Shown here: positions 1-10,063 of the stretch, one piece after another
Layout: every line of letters starts with the position of its first letter
Position numbering within the stretch: position 1 is the first letter of the stretch
Source: Caldisericia bacterium
GTDB lineage: Bacteria; Caldisericota; Caldisericia; JAAYUI01
NCBI GenBank assembly: GCA_963674785.1
Contig: OY771555.1
Span: forward strand, 1,760,001 to 1,824,000
Length of the DNA: 64,000 bases
Direction: 5' to 3'
The notes under the pieces: generated by a model
Seen by the model: only the letters and a program-made list of their open reading frames with translations
Database searches by the model: none
Told to the model about the DNA's origin: nothing
Made by a program: the position numbers and the translations under genes

Positions 1-2
1 AG

Positions 3-1250
3 ATTGGAATGTTTGATGATATACTCGTTGATATTGGCGATGAACAAAGTATCTCTCAAAACCTTTCCACATTCTCATCTCATATGAGCAATATTGTTTC
101 AATCCTCATGAGCGCAACAAAATATACGCTTGTTATGCTTGATGAATTGGGTGCTGGAACCGACCCCTCTGAGGGTGCTGTTCTCGGTTACTCAATTCTT
201 AAACATCTCTACGATAACTCAGTTCCCACAATAATCACAGCTCACATTGGTGAACTGAAGGCTTTTGCGTACAAACACTCTCACGCAATGAACGCATCAG
301 TTGGATTTGATTCAGATACCTTAAAACCCACATTCAAAATCCAAATCGGAACTCCTGGAGCATCTCATGCTTTCGACATTTGCAGACGTCTTGGTCTTCC
401 CGAGACTATCCTTGAAAATGCAAAAGACCTTTTGACAGACGAACAGAAGGACACAACAAAAATCCTCACTCAAATGAGCAAGGATGCAAAAGATATTGAA
501 GAAGACAGGGAGTCAACAAAAAGAACCAAAGAGGAGATCGAGCAATTAAAGAGCAAACATCTTCAAGAGATGGAGGATTTTGAAAACAAGAAAAGCTCAA
601 TGCTTGAGAGTGAACTCAAGAAGGCTTCATCCTTCCTTGGAAAAAAGATGGCAGAAGCAGACGAGATAGTAAAGAAACTTGCGGCTGCTACAAGACAATC
701 CAAAGAAACCGATGATCTTCGAAATAGAATTCAAGAAATAAGGGCTGAGGTCTCAGAAAAAGAACCCGAGATAGCCGGATACGGAGAGCCCCCAGACATC
801 TACACCCTAAAACCAGGTGACGCAGTTTTTGTGCCAAGGTTTAAATCTCAGGGAATAGTGATGGATGTTCTAAGAGAAAAAAATAAGGTTATGGTTCAAG
901 TTGGATCAGCAAGAATACAAGTGTCAGCAGACAGCATAGAGCTTGCAAAGGAAAAACCGTCGGTTGAACAAAACAGTGAGTCCGAAAAAAGACCGGCATT
1001 TTCAAAAGTACCAATCAAACTTGAACTATATGGACTTAAAGTTGTTGATGCTATTGTAAAACTTGAGCATTATTTGGATCAGGCCTATGGGGCTGGAATT
1101 CCATTTGTGTACATAGTACACGGAAGAGGGACTGGAACACTGAGAAAATCTATTACTGAATTTCTCCCAACCAGTCCAAGAGTTGACAGATTCCATCTTG
1201 CAGATGAATCAGAAGGTGGAGATGCTGTCACGATTGTATTTTTAAAGTGA
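3..1250 (+). CDS. mutS2: MutS2 family protein, C-terminal part (5' end outside window)
   Basis: DIGDEQSISQNLSTFSSH and LDELGAGTDP ATPase motifs, coiled coil, KOW-like segment, C-terminal Smr domain (IVHGRGTG). Confidence 0.95.
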   Translation: MGMFDDILVDIGDEQSISQNLSTFSSHMSNIVSILMSATKYTLVMLDELGAGTDPSEGAVLGYSILKHLYDNSVPTIITAHIGELKAFAYKHSHAMNASVGFDSDTLKPTFKIQIGTPGASHAFDICRRLGLPETILENAKDLLTDEQKDTTKILTQMSKDAKDIEEDRESTKRTKEEIEQLKSKHLQEMEDFENKKSSMLESELKKASSFLGKKMAEADEIVKKLAAATRQSKETDDLRNRIQEIRAEVSEKEPEIAGYGEPPDIYTLKPGDAVFVPRFKSQGIVMDVLREKNKVMVQVGSARIQVSADSIELAKEKPSVEQNSESEKRPAFSKVPIKLELYGLKVVDAIVKLEHYLDQAYGAGIPFVYIVHGRGTGTLRKSITEFLPTSPRVDRFHLADESEGGDAVTIVFLK

Positions 1251-1258
1251 GGTAGATA

Positions 1259-1891
1259 ATGGAGCTTGCAGGGAATATAAAGGATTTCTCAATAATTGAG
1301 ATTTCTCAATTTGTATGGATTTCGAAAAGAACTGGATGTTTGAAGCTTTTTTTAGAAGTTGACGGATCAAAGTTTGAAGGACAGCTTTATTTTGTTGAGG
1401 GCAACATCATGTCAGCAAAAGCAAATGGCAAACGGGGAAAGGAAGCCTTTTTCCATATCTGCAGTGCTGACAATGGAAGTTTTCGATTTATTAGCAACGA
1501 AACAACACCAGACACAAATGTTGTTACCTCAATGAACCAATTGCTTCTTGAAGCATCTGGTCGAACAAAACTTTTTGAAACACTGAAAAGAGAGATTCCA
1601 TCTACAAACATTATCTTTTCTCTTACCCCCGATTTCGCACTCTTTGATCTCCAGTTTGAGCCTGAACAGTGGAGCGTAATCGCACTCATTGATGGACAAA
1701 AAACACTCGAAGAGATAGGAAAAACTCTTGGGATGCCAGAGTTTAACATCATGAGGATATTCTACACTCTCCTTCAGGTTGGTGTAATAAAGAGAGTTGC
1801 CGTCAAACAGGTCAGAAAGCCAGAAATCGAAAAACCCAGAAAAAAGATTGGCTTCATTCAAAAAATTATCGAGTACTTTAAAAAACTATGA
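1259..1891 (+). CDS. DUF4388/PATAN-like domain protein with C-terminal winged helix
   Basis: N-terminal LAGNIKDFSIIEISQ...KRTGCL...GQLYFVEGNI pattern; EQWSVIALIDGQKTLEEI wHTH; GAGGT SD. Confidence 0.8.
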   Translation: MELAGNIKDFSIIEISQFVWISKRTGCLKLFLEVDGSKFEGQLYFVEGNIMSAKANGKRGKEAFFHICSADNGSFRFISNETTPDTNVVTSMNQLLLEASGRTKLFETLKREIPSTNIIFSLTPDFALFDLQFEPEQWSVIALIDGQKTLEEIGKTLGMPEFNIMRIFYTLLQVGVIKRVAVKQVRKPEIEKPRKKIGFIQKIIEYFKKL

Positions 1892-2430
1892 GAAGAGTAA
1901 AAATACTGGTAACCGGACCATTCTCATCCGGCAAAACGAGTTTCATTTCCCAAGTATCTGAGATTCCCGTTGTCTCAACGGAGAAATCTATAACAGACGA
2001 GACACGAGAGATAAAATCAAAAACAACCGTTGCGATGGACTTCGGTCGAATTACAATTGATGAAAATCTCGTTCTCTATATTTTTGGCACCCCTGGACAG
2101 GAAAGATTTTCCTATATGTGGGATGTACTTTCCGTTGGAGCACTTGGATTAGTGGTAATGGTTGATGCAACAGATTACAGATCAATCATTCAGGGAAGAA
2201 GATATTTGTCATTCTTCTTACCAAAGCTTAGCATCCCATGTGTGATTGTCGCAAACAAACAAGATCTACCTGATGCAATAGAAGAGGAAAAAATAAGAGA
2301 CATTTTGGGTATCGACAATTCAATTGATGTTATCCCCTGTACATCAACCAACTTGGATTCCGTAAAAAATGTTTTAATACAGTTATTTGGGTTAATCGAG
2401 GAAATCGGACTAGAAGAAAGCAATGAATAA
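1888..2430 (+). CDS. Small Ras-like GTPase (ATP_bind_1/CvnD-like, group 2 MglA-like)
   Basis: G1 GPFSSGKT, TTVAMDFG, FGTPGQERF, G4 NKQD; ATGA overlap with upstream gene. Confidence 0.9.
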   Translation: MRRVKILVTGPFSSGKTSFISQVSEIPVVSTEKSITDETREIKSKTTVAMDFGRITIDENLVLYIFGTPGQERFSYMWDVLSVGALGLVVMVDATDYRSIIQGRRYLSFFLPKLSIPCVIVANKQDLPDAIEEEKIRDILGIDNSIDVIPCTSTNLDSVKNVLIQLFGLIEEIGLEESNE

Positions 2431-3799
2431 TAAAACAAAAAAGCTATTGAAAAATCATGATTGGCGAGGAATAGTTGAATATCTCGGGTCAATCTCTCCG
2501 GATAGAATGGATGACAAAAAGGTTGCAATTCTCACACAGAGTTTACTAAAACTTGGCAGTCTTAATGAAGCTATTGAGGTTTCAAAACCTTATATTGAAA
2601 AAAATATTTCTGCATACCCAAGAACAACAAGAATTGCAGCAAGGGTTTTGTGTTTACTGAAAAAATATGATGATGCGTATGAGCTTCTAAAAAGGGCTTT
2701 TGATAATAACCCAACTCAGTACTGGTATTATCTGGCGATGGGAGATGTCTATTATTACTTCGCTGGAGACAAAGAAAAGGCATTGTTTATCTATAAGCAG
2801 GGTGAATCCATAGGGAAAGAACATCTCAGAAAAGACATTCTTTCCATCTATAGATATTTATTGAAGCGAATTTCACACGCCTTGTTTGAGCTTGAAAGGT
2901 TTGAGGATGCGGTTCCATATTTTGAAAAATTTAAAGAACTTGAACCGTCAAATTTCTATGAATCAGACTTTGTATTGTTAGGTTTATCACATGAAAAAAC
3001 GGGAAACATCAAAGCTGCAAAAGACATATGGCTCGAGGGAACAAGGAGAAGAAAAGGCAAAAAATGCCTAAAAGAGATCGAAAGAGTCGACCCCGAACTT
3101 GCCAAGACTGTCAAACTTAAACCTCCTCACAAGACAAAGCCAGGAGCAGTCTCAATCCCTGTAAAAACAAAAATTATTACTGAAGAGGATGAGACTGCAG
3201 ACGTGATTCACGATGCAGTCAAAGATATTATCAAACCAGGTGATGTGATAACCTTTGCATCAGCAGTTGCCGCAGTTGCTGACGGCAGAATTTATCCCGC
3301 TGAAGGGATTAAGGCATCAAAAATTGCAACCTTCCTGGCAGGATTTGTCACCGGTTCATCAAAGAATTCATTTGCAACAACCTCACCACTTGCAAACCCA
3401 TTATCATTTCAAGTTGCAATTGAGATCGCAGGGCTTTTTAGAATCCTTCTTGCGACATTCATTGGCGGAATTGGTAAACTATTTCGAATCAAAGGTTGGT
3501 TTTATCACATTGCAGGAAAAGAAGTTGCAATGATAGATGACATGCCTGCATCAATGGCACCATATGATTTTTATGTAATCCCTGGCCCATATGACTCAGA
3601 TATGCTAGCTGAACAAATCAAAGCGAAAACCGGCCATGAAACAGCAATTGTTGATGCAAATGATTTAGGTATCGCATGGGTTGTTGGGGCAAGTTCAGAA
3701 GTTGATAAAAAAAAGATTGAACAATATATGCTTGATAACCCAGCAGGCAACGAAGATAATCAGACACCAATTATTCTTATCAGAGAAGAGGGTAAATAA
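2423..3799 (+). CDS. TPR-repeat protein fused to a CofE/F420:gamma-glutamyl ligase-like domain
   Basis: Helical TPR-like N-terminal half; C-terminal PVKTKII...AIVDANDLG...DNPAGNEDNQTPIILIR typical of bacterial F420_ligase-family proteins. Confidence 0.75.
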   Translation: MNNKTKKLLKNHDWRGIVEYLGSISPDRMDDKKVAILTQSLLKLGSLNEAIEVSKPYIEKNISAYPRTTRIAARVLCLLKKYDDAYELLKRAFDNNPTQYWYYLAMGDVYYYFAGDKEKALFIYKQGESIGKEHLRKDILSIYRYLLKRISHALFELERFEDAVPYFEKFKELEPSNFYESDFVLLGLSHEKTGNIKAAKDIWLEGTRRRKGKKCLKEIERVDPELAKTVKLKPPHKTKPGAVSIPVKTKIITEEDETADVIHDAVKDIIKPGDVITFASAVAAVADGRIYPAEGIKASKIATFLAGFVTGSSKNSFATTSPLANPLSFQVAIEIAGLFRILLATFIGGIGKLFRIKGWFYHIAGKEVAMIDDMPASMAPYDFYVIPGPYDSDMLAEQIKAKTGHETAIVDANDLGIAWVVGASSEVDKKKIEQYMLDNPAGNEDNQTPIILIREEGK

Positions 3800-5188
3800 A
3801 TGTTTGGCTTAATTGAAAAAGTATTATCAAAATCAGTCGGATTTTGCGAGATCAGGGTACAAGATCGAACTCGAAGGTCGGTATCTGTTAGAAACGGGAT
3901 GCTCAATAATGCAAATGTTATAATCTCGGCCGGTGTCGGAATAAGAGTCTTAAGAAGAGGATGCTGGGGTTTTGCGTCAACTTCTAAACTTGATGAAGAG
4001 AGCATGCTTGATGTCTTGAGACAGGCAGAGATTGCCGCACTCCGAATGTCTGAAATGACAAAAAAAAGAGTACCTGAACTAGATGACAGCAAAAATATCA
4101 GTCTTGACTGGATACCTGATAAAACATCAAATTCGAATTCTGTTCCAATTGACGAAAAAATAAAACTTGCCCTTTCAATTGAAGAAAAAATAAGAAACTC
4201 ATCAAAACTCATTACAAATTCAACAACTGTGTTTGATGAACTCATCGACGAAAAGTGGATAATGACAACCGAAGACGTAAAGGTTCACTACGCACTCCCA
4301 AAACCACAGTTTTACACAATGGCTGTTGCTACAAAAAATGGTGAAATGACAAGGTCAATGCAGGCAATTGGCATCATGGGTGGAGTGGACGAAATGTTTT
4401 CTGAAAGCTCCCCTGAAGCAATGGCTGAAAAAACTGCAAAACTTGCTGTTGATAAATTTGATGCACCATACGCAAAAGGCGGAATGTCAACTGTTGTTTT
4501 AAGTCCAGGCATGGTTGGACTTCTCGCTCACGAGGCCATCGGTCATACGGTAGAGGCCGATTTTGTGATGTCTGGGTCAGCAGCGTCTGGAAAAATTGGT
4601 GAAAAAGTTGCGAGTGAAAAGGTAACACTTGCAGACGCAGGATTAAACCCACTCAAAAATGGTTATCCAGCAGGAACAATCCCTGTTGATGATGAAGGGG
4701 TTGAGGTTCAAGATACAATAATAATCAAAGACGGAATCATGAACTCGTATCTTCACAATAGGGAATCTGCAGCCGAATTCGGAGTAGAGCCAACCGGAAA
4801 TGCGAGAGCATTTTCTCACTCCGACACTCCAATCATAAGAATGAGAAATACATATGTGAAACCTGGAACATCATCATTTGATGAGATAATCAGTTCAACA
4901 AAAGAAGGCTATTATCTTGTCCTCCCAGGAAACGGGCAGGCGGATGCCAACGCTGAATTCATGTTTGGATGCAGCGAAGTCTACGAAATCAAAGACGGTA
5001 AAATTGGAAACCTTATTAAAAATGCAACGATTTCAGGACAAGCGTTTGAGGTTTTAAAATCTGTTGATATGGTTGGAAACGATTTCAAATGGGATCTTGG
5101 TTCAGGTTTCTGTGGCAAAGGCCAGGCAGCAAAAGTTGATGGTGGCGGCCCAACTATCAGATGTAAAGCAATGATTGGAGGAAGATAA
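3800..5188 (+). CDS. tldD: TldD metalloprotease subunit
   Basis: HEAIGHTVEAD motif, DDEGV, RMRNTY, C-terminal GFCGK. Confidence 0.92.
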   Translation: MFGLIEKVLSKSVGFCEIRVQDRTRRSVSVRNGMLNNANVIISAGVGIRVLRRGCWGFASTSKLDEESMLDVLRQAEIAALRMSEMTKKRVPELDDSKNISLDWIPDKTSNSNSVPIDEKIKLALSIEEKIRNSSKLITNSTTVFDELIDEKWIMTTEDVKVHYALPKPQFYTMAVATKNGEMTRSMQAIGIMGGVDEMFSESSPEAMAEKTAKLAVDKFDAPYAKGGMSTVVLSPGMVGLLAHEAIGHTVEADFVMSGSAASGKIGEKVASEKVTLADAGLNPLKNGYPAGTIPVDDEGVEVQDTIIIKDGIMNSYLHNRESAAEFGVEPTGNARAFSHSDTPIIRMRNTYVKPGTSSFDEIISSTKEGYYLVLPGNGQADANAEFMFGCSEVYEIKDGKIGNLIKNATISGQAFEVLKSVDMVGNDFKWDLGSGFCGKGQAAKVDGGGPTIRCKAMIGGR

Positions 5189-6522
5189 TGAGAATCAAAA
5201 TGAGAGCAAGGCAGGCACTTGAATCTGCATTATCAAAAAAATTATCCTCCGCAGAAATCATAATGACCGATAGAAAAACAATCTCAATTGAGCTTCAGGA
5301 TAATTCTGTTCATGTAGCGACCGAAGACACTTCCGAGTGGACAGGAATCCGAGCCTTCAAGGGAAACTCTCTTGGTTTCTCAGCAGTCAATAGTTTGAAG
5401 GAAGACCGAATAAATGGTGCTATTGAGGAAGCTGTAAAAATCGCAAGCGTAGCACCACCTGACAAGTCAAATGTATTGCCCGAACCAGAGGTGATCCCCT
5501 GGGTAAAAGGTATGTATGATAAAGAGCTTGCATCAATGTCTCTTGACGAGTCTATCGGGATTGCAAAAAAAATCATCGAAACATGCAAGAATTACGACAA
5601 AAGAGTGAGTCTTGACTCGGGATCATTCCAGGTAATCGTATCAAATGTTGCGATCGCCTCATCCACAGGGATTGAAGCTTCAACAAGACAAAGCTTTGCT
5701 TTCTACGACATCATGGGAATGGCAAGAGATGGCGATGTGGTTTCATCATTTGATATTGAATACGGTGGAACACGAAAAATATCAGAAATTGACGTTGAAA
5801 CATCAGCGAAAAGACTCAGCGAAAAAGTGGTTTCATCACTTGGTGCAAAGTCAGGAAAATCATTCACAGGTCAGGTTATTCTTCAGGGGGATGCCGCAAA
5901 TGAATTGCTTTTATCTCCTCTGCTTTGGTCATCGTATGCTGAAAACATTCAGCTAGGATCATCAAGATTTAAAGGTAAACTCGGCAAAAGGGTAGCCTCA
6001 AGCAAACTCACAATAAAAGACTGGGGAAGAGCACCCGGACTTGTGGCGTCATACCCATTTGACAGAGAAGGGATTCCACCAAAAAGATTGTTCCCAATAC
6101 ATAATGGAATCTTTACTGATGTCTTCCACAACGCAAAAAGTGCTGCAAGAGATGGATCTGTTTCCAACGGTCATGCCGGTGGAAGCGGAAGCTCTACACC
6201 AAACATCACAACCTCAAATGTTTTTGTTAAACCTGGTAATGCAACACTTGATGATATTATCGCTGACACAAAACTTGGCATATTAGTCGGAAGGTACAGT
6301 GGGGATATTGATCCGAGTTCAGGAGATTTCAGTGGGTCTGTTAAAGGTGGGTATCTGATTGAAAATGGAAGAAAAACGCAGCCACTTCTTGGGACAATGA
6401 TTGCCGGAAACATATACGACTGTATCCAAAACATCTCAGCTATCTCATCTGACACCGTCTCGCTCATTGATGTTTTCATGCCAAGTATAAGGCTTGAAGG
6501 AGTGACGGTCTCTTCTAAATGA
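5188..6522 (+). CDS. pmbA: PmbA/TldE subunit
   Basis: FDREG, SNGHAG, SGDFS motifs; lacks the HExxxH motif; TAATG coupling to tldD. Confidence 0.9.
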   Translation: MRIKMRARQALESALSKKLSSAEIIMTDRKTISIELQDNSVHVATEDTSEWTGIRAFKGNSLGFSAVNSLKEDRINGAIEEAVKIASVAPPDKSNVLPEPEVIPWVKGMYDKELASMSLDESIGIAKKIIETCKNYDKRVSLDSGSFQVIVSNVAIASSTGIEASTRQSFAFYDIMGMARDGDVVSSFDIEYGGTRKISEIDVETSAKRLSEKVVSSLGAKSGKSFTGQVILQGDAANELLLSPLLWSSYAENIQLGSSRFKGKLGKRVASSKLTIKDWGRAPGLVASYPFDREGIPPKRLFPIHNGIFTDVFHNAKSAARDGSVSNGHAGGSGSSTPNITTSNVFVKPGNATLDDIIADTKLGILVGRYSGDIDPSSGDFSGSVKGGYLIENGRKTQPLLGTMIAGNIYDCIQNISAISSDTVSLIDVFMPSIRLEGVTVSSK

Positions 6523-7634
6523 GTTTAACTGCCGACAAGATTCTTCCATCAACTGCAACTGTGGATTTTGATCACCTGCAATCAAATGTCGGATTGATAA
6601 GAAGAATTACAAAAAATTCAAAGATAATGGCAGTTGTAAAGGCAAATGCTTATGGTCACGGCATAGTTCCAATCGCCAGAGCTCTTATTTCCTTCGGGGT
6701 TGAACATCTTGCAGTTCAAACACCAGAGGAGGCAATTGGACTCAGGATGGCGGGGATAACTGCTCCAATTTTGATCTTTGGATATACTCACGCTGCATAT
6801 GCAGCCGATATTATTCATCATGACCTGACACCAACCATTTTTGATTATGAGTTAGCTGTTTCTCTAAACCATCTTGCTCATAAAAACATTCCAATTCATA
6901 TCAAAATTGATACTGGAATGGGTTGGGCTGGCGTTGGCACGAGTGATGCTATTCCATTTATAAATCGCATTAATAAACTCGCCAATATCGAAATCAAAGG
7001 ACTATTTACACATTTTGCAGCAGCAGGCACTGATCCAATATTTACAAAAAAACAGGGAGACGAGTTTATTTCTCTTGTTTCAAAGATTAAAGAGAATGAA
7101 CACATTAACCCAGTACTTCATGCCTGTAATTCCACTGGAACAATGAATTTTCCTGAGTATCACTTTGATTACGTAAGACCGGGTCTAATGCTTTATGGAG
7201 TGGCACCAGGTGGAAAATATGACTCAGAGCTTTTGCCTGTTCTTTCATGGACATCATTAATATGCAACATGAAGGTTGTCCACCCAGGGGAATCCATTGG
7301 GTACGAACGAAGCTATAAAGCCGATAAAACCATGGTCGTTGGAACAATCCCAGTTGGTTATGCTGATGGCTGGAATTGGCGACTGAAAAACGACGGCCAG
7401 GTACTTATCTCAGGGAAAAGGGTTCCAATTATTGGTAGAATCTGTATGGATCAATTTATGGTTGATCTCACAGAGATAACATCTGCTGAAATTGGAACTG
7501 CAGTTACTCTTATTGGCAGCGACAATCAAGAAGAAATAACTGCATCTGAGCTTGCAAATATCGCTGGTACAATTCCATACGAAATCTTGACTTCATTGGG
7601 TAGTCGAATTAAGTTTAAATACAGAAAAAACTGA
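6519..7634 (+). CDS. alr: Alanine racemase
   Basis: AVVKANAYGHG PLP motif, HIKIDTGM, GRICMDQ. Confidence 0.97.
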   Translation: MSLTADKILPSTATVDFDHLQSNVGLIRRITKNSKIMAVVKANAYGHGIVPIARALISFGVEHLAVQTPEEAIGLRMAGITAPILIFGYTHAAYAADIIHHDLTPTIFDYELAVSLNHLAHKNIPIHIKIDTGMGWAGVGTSDAIPFINRINKLANIEIKGLFTHFAAAGTDPIFTKKQGDEFISLVSKIKENEHINPVLHACNSTGTMNFPEYHFDYVRPGLMLYGVAPGGKYDSELLPVLSWTSLICNMKVVHPGESIGYERSYKADKTMVVGTIPVGYADGWNWRLKNDGQVLISGKRVPIIGRICMDQFMVDLTEITSAEIGTAVTLIGSDNQEEITASELANIAGTIPYEILTSLGSRIKFKYRKN

Positions 7635-7647
7635 AAGGATGCTTAAT

Positions 7648-9975
7648 ATGAGAAAGCTGTTACCTTTTTTCCTCGCAATAATGTTGCTTATGTCGATGGT
7701 ACCAGTATTTGCATTGTCAACAAGTCTCACAACAGATGATTTCAAACCATCTCGTAAACTTCTTGTTGAAATGTTCCTGGAACCCGAATGAACCAAATGC
7801 CCACCTACTGTTAGTAGGTTAAAAGAATTAGAAGAAGAATATGGCACAGACAAGTTTTTTAAACTGAGGCTTCATTCAAACCCAAAAGACTCCTTTTTTG
7901 TCGAGGACATAGGAGATAGGTCAGAGTTTTACGAGCAGAAATCCTTTCCAACCATGGCATACAATGGAGTTGATTTGGTAAGACTTGCTCAATCAGGCGA
8001 AGAGGTTGATAAATCTGCTGACAAAGCACTTGCTAATCCAGTTGTTTATGGATCAAGCCTAGATTGCAAGCTAAGAGAAACTCCAACTGGGAATCTCCTT
8101 GAGGTCTATGGTCAACTTGAACAGATCAATCCCGGCTCAAAGGTGAACTTAAAGTATGTCTTCTTTTTGTATGAAGACTATCTTGAATTTGAAGAAGAAC
8201 ATACATTGCACATGACAAGGGCAATATCCCCATCCGCAAAAGGCTCTTCGATCAGAGTCACTCAGGGTGAGGTGACAAACGTAAAAAAAGAGTTCTCGCT
8301 TGATGTAATCGAAGTCGAAGAGAATGTTGGTGTGCTTTTTGCGGTTTTTGACGCTGACTCCAATGAGATTTACACTTATTCTCACTGGACTTTGCGCTCA
8401 CCACACATTGTAAAAGCAATTTCAAAGAAGCATTCACCAGAAAAACCAATCACATGTGAATTTGATATCGACATCGACCCTGAAACATTTTCTGAAAACA
8501 CAGTCCTTTGTGTCAGCTCAATCGGAAGACCTGTTAAGGGAACATACAATGTTTCTGGCAAGAAATGTTCATTCACGCCAAACGACCCTCTGAAGAAGGG
8601 AAGCGAATACGGTTTCTACCTTAAGGGTGGCAAAGACGGCATAACCTCGACAACTGACGTTGTGATGGACAATAATTTGGTTTGTTCCTTCATAGCTGAA
8701 GAATCTGAAGAGGCAATTCTTGAGATCGCAACTGAAGAGCTTGATTTTGGAAAACTGAGCGAACCAAGAGCACAAAAGGTTGAAATCAAAAACACCGGTA
8801 ATGCAAAGCTTGAGGGTAAAGCTGCAGTCGGAATGACATGGCTTAAGGTTGATCCTATGTCAATCAGTATCGATCCGGGTAAATCCATTGAGATGAATGT
8901 CACAATCAATCCCGCTGATCTCAAAGAGGGATTCCACAACTGCAACATAATTATCACAACCAATGGTGGAGATCATACAATTCCAGTTTCATTCCAATAT
9001 ATTCCAATTGCTGCTGAACTCAAAGTTTCCCCTGAGACGCTAGATTTTGGACAGGTTACTGTCAGCAAATCAAAATCAATGAAGCTGATGTTTACTGCGG
9101 ATGACACCGTTAAAGGAACAATTTCTGCAACAGAAGGTTGGATATCAGTTAATAAAGAATCATTTGAGTTTGCAAATGGTGAGATTGAAGTAATAGTAAA
9201 ACCAACAAAAGTTGATGATCTCAAAGGTGAGCTTCACATCGAATCAAATGGTGGAAACTTCACGATCCTTGTAACTGTTTCATGTGTACCTGAGGCTTCA
9301 ATTGAACTTGTGTCTGAAACATCAAACCCAACAACAAACGATCAAGCAGAACTGGTAATCAAGCTTGTTCCAACAGACAAAAAATTCAACCTATATCTCA
9401 ATGGTAAACTAGTTCAGGAAAATGTTGAAACAGCAGCAAATGGTGAGATGAGGCTTTATGTTGATATCACCCCAGGAAACAACACATTTAAGGTTGAATC
9501 AATAGGAACAGATGAAATTGTCACAGATGAAATCTCAATTACAAAACAGATAATCCTTCAGCTCTGGATTGGCAAGACAAACTATACTATTAACGGACAG
9601 ACTCTCACTCTTGATGTCGCTCCAACAGTTTCTTCCCCGCCACTTCCTGCTGAACTCAAAGACAATACCTACATGCCAATTCGTGCTGTTGCTGAGGCTT
9701 TGGGAGCCGAGGTTGGTTGGGTCGGAGCTGAAAAGAAAGTCACCCTCACACAAAAAAAGGCAGACGGAAGTACTAATTTCATTGAGCTCTGGATCAATAA
9801 AAAGACGGCAAAGGTTAATGGTGTTGAGACAAAACTTAATGATGCAGGCACACTTTATCCTGCAATCGTTTCCGATCGAACAATGCTCCCATTGAGGTTT
9901 GTTGCCAATAATCTTGGAGCAGAAGTAGGATGGGATGGAGCTGAAAGAAAGATAACCCTTACTTATCCAAAATAA
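7648..9975 (+). CDS. Probable secreted selenoprotein: Omp28/thioredoxin-like UxxC domain + Ig-like/BACON-like domains + C-terminal stalk (Cu-amine-oxidase-N-like) domain, 775 aa with Sec at codon 48
   Basis: ATG 7648 gives signal peptide MRKLLPFFLAIMLLMSMVPVFA; same frame reads KLLVEMFLEPE-TGA(7789)-TKCPP and stays open into the 7954 ORF; downstream FPT(M)AYNG cis-Pro-like motif; SECIS-like hairpin; selB/selC in window. Confidence 0.85.
7803..7819 (+). promoter_or_regulatory. Candidate bacterial SECIS element
   Basis: ACCTACT-GTT-AGTAGGT 7-bp perfect stem with G-first loop, starting after an 11-nt spacer behind the in-frame TGA. Confidence 0.7.
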
Positions 9976-10001
9976 CCTTCATTCTCTTATAACTAAACAC
10001 C

Positions 10002-10034
10002 AAAAAGCCACCACTTAAAAATGGTGGCTTTTTT
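10002..10034 (+). terminator. Rho-independent terminator
   Basis: AAAAAGCCACCA...TGGTGGCTTTTTT hairpin plus U-tract after the 9975 stop. Confidence 0.85.
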
Positions 10035-10063
10035 CTTTTTAGAATCTTTGTACAATCTTTTCC

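Noticed and set aside
7789-7791. Genome-wide UGA reassignment to Trp or Gly
   Set aside because: TGA terminates mutS2, alr, guaB and others, TGG is used for Trp, and RF2 is present
7593-7853. 86-aa minus-strand ORF in the gap after alr
   Set aside because: The plus-strand signal peptide and UxxC reading explain the region better
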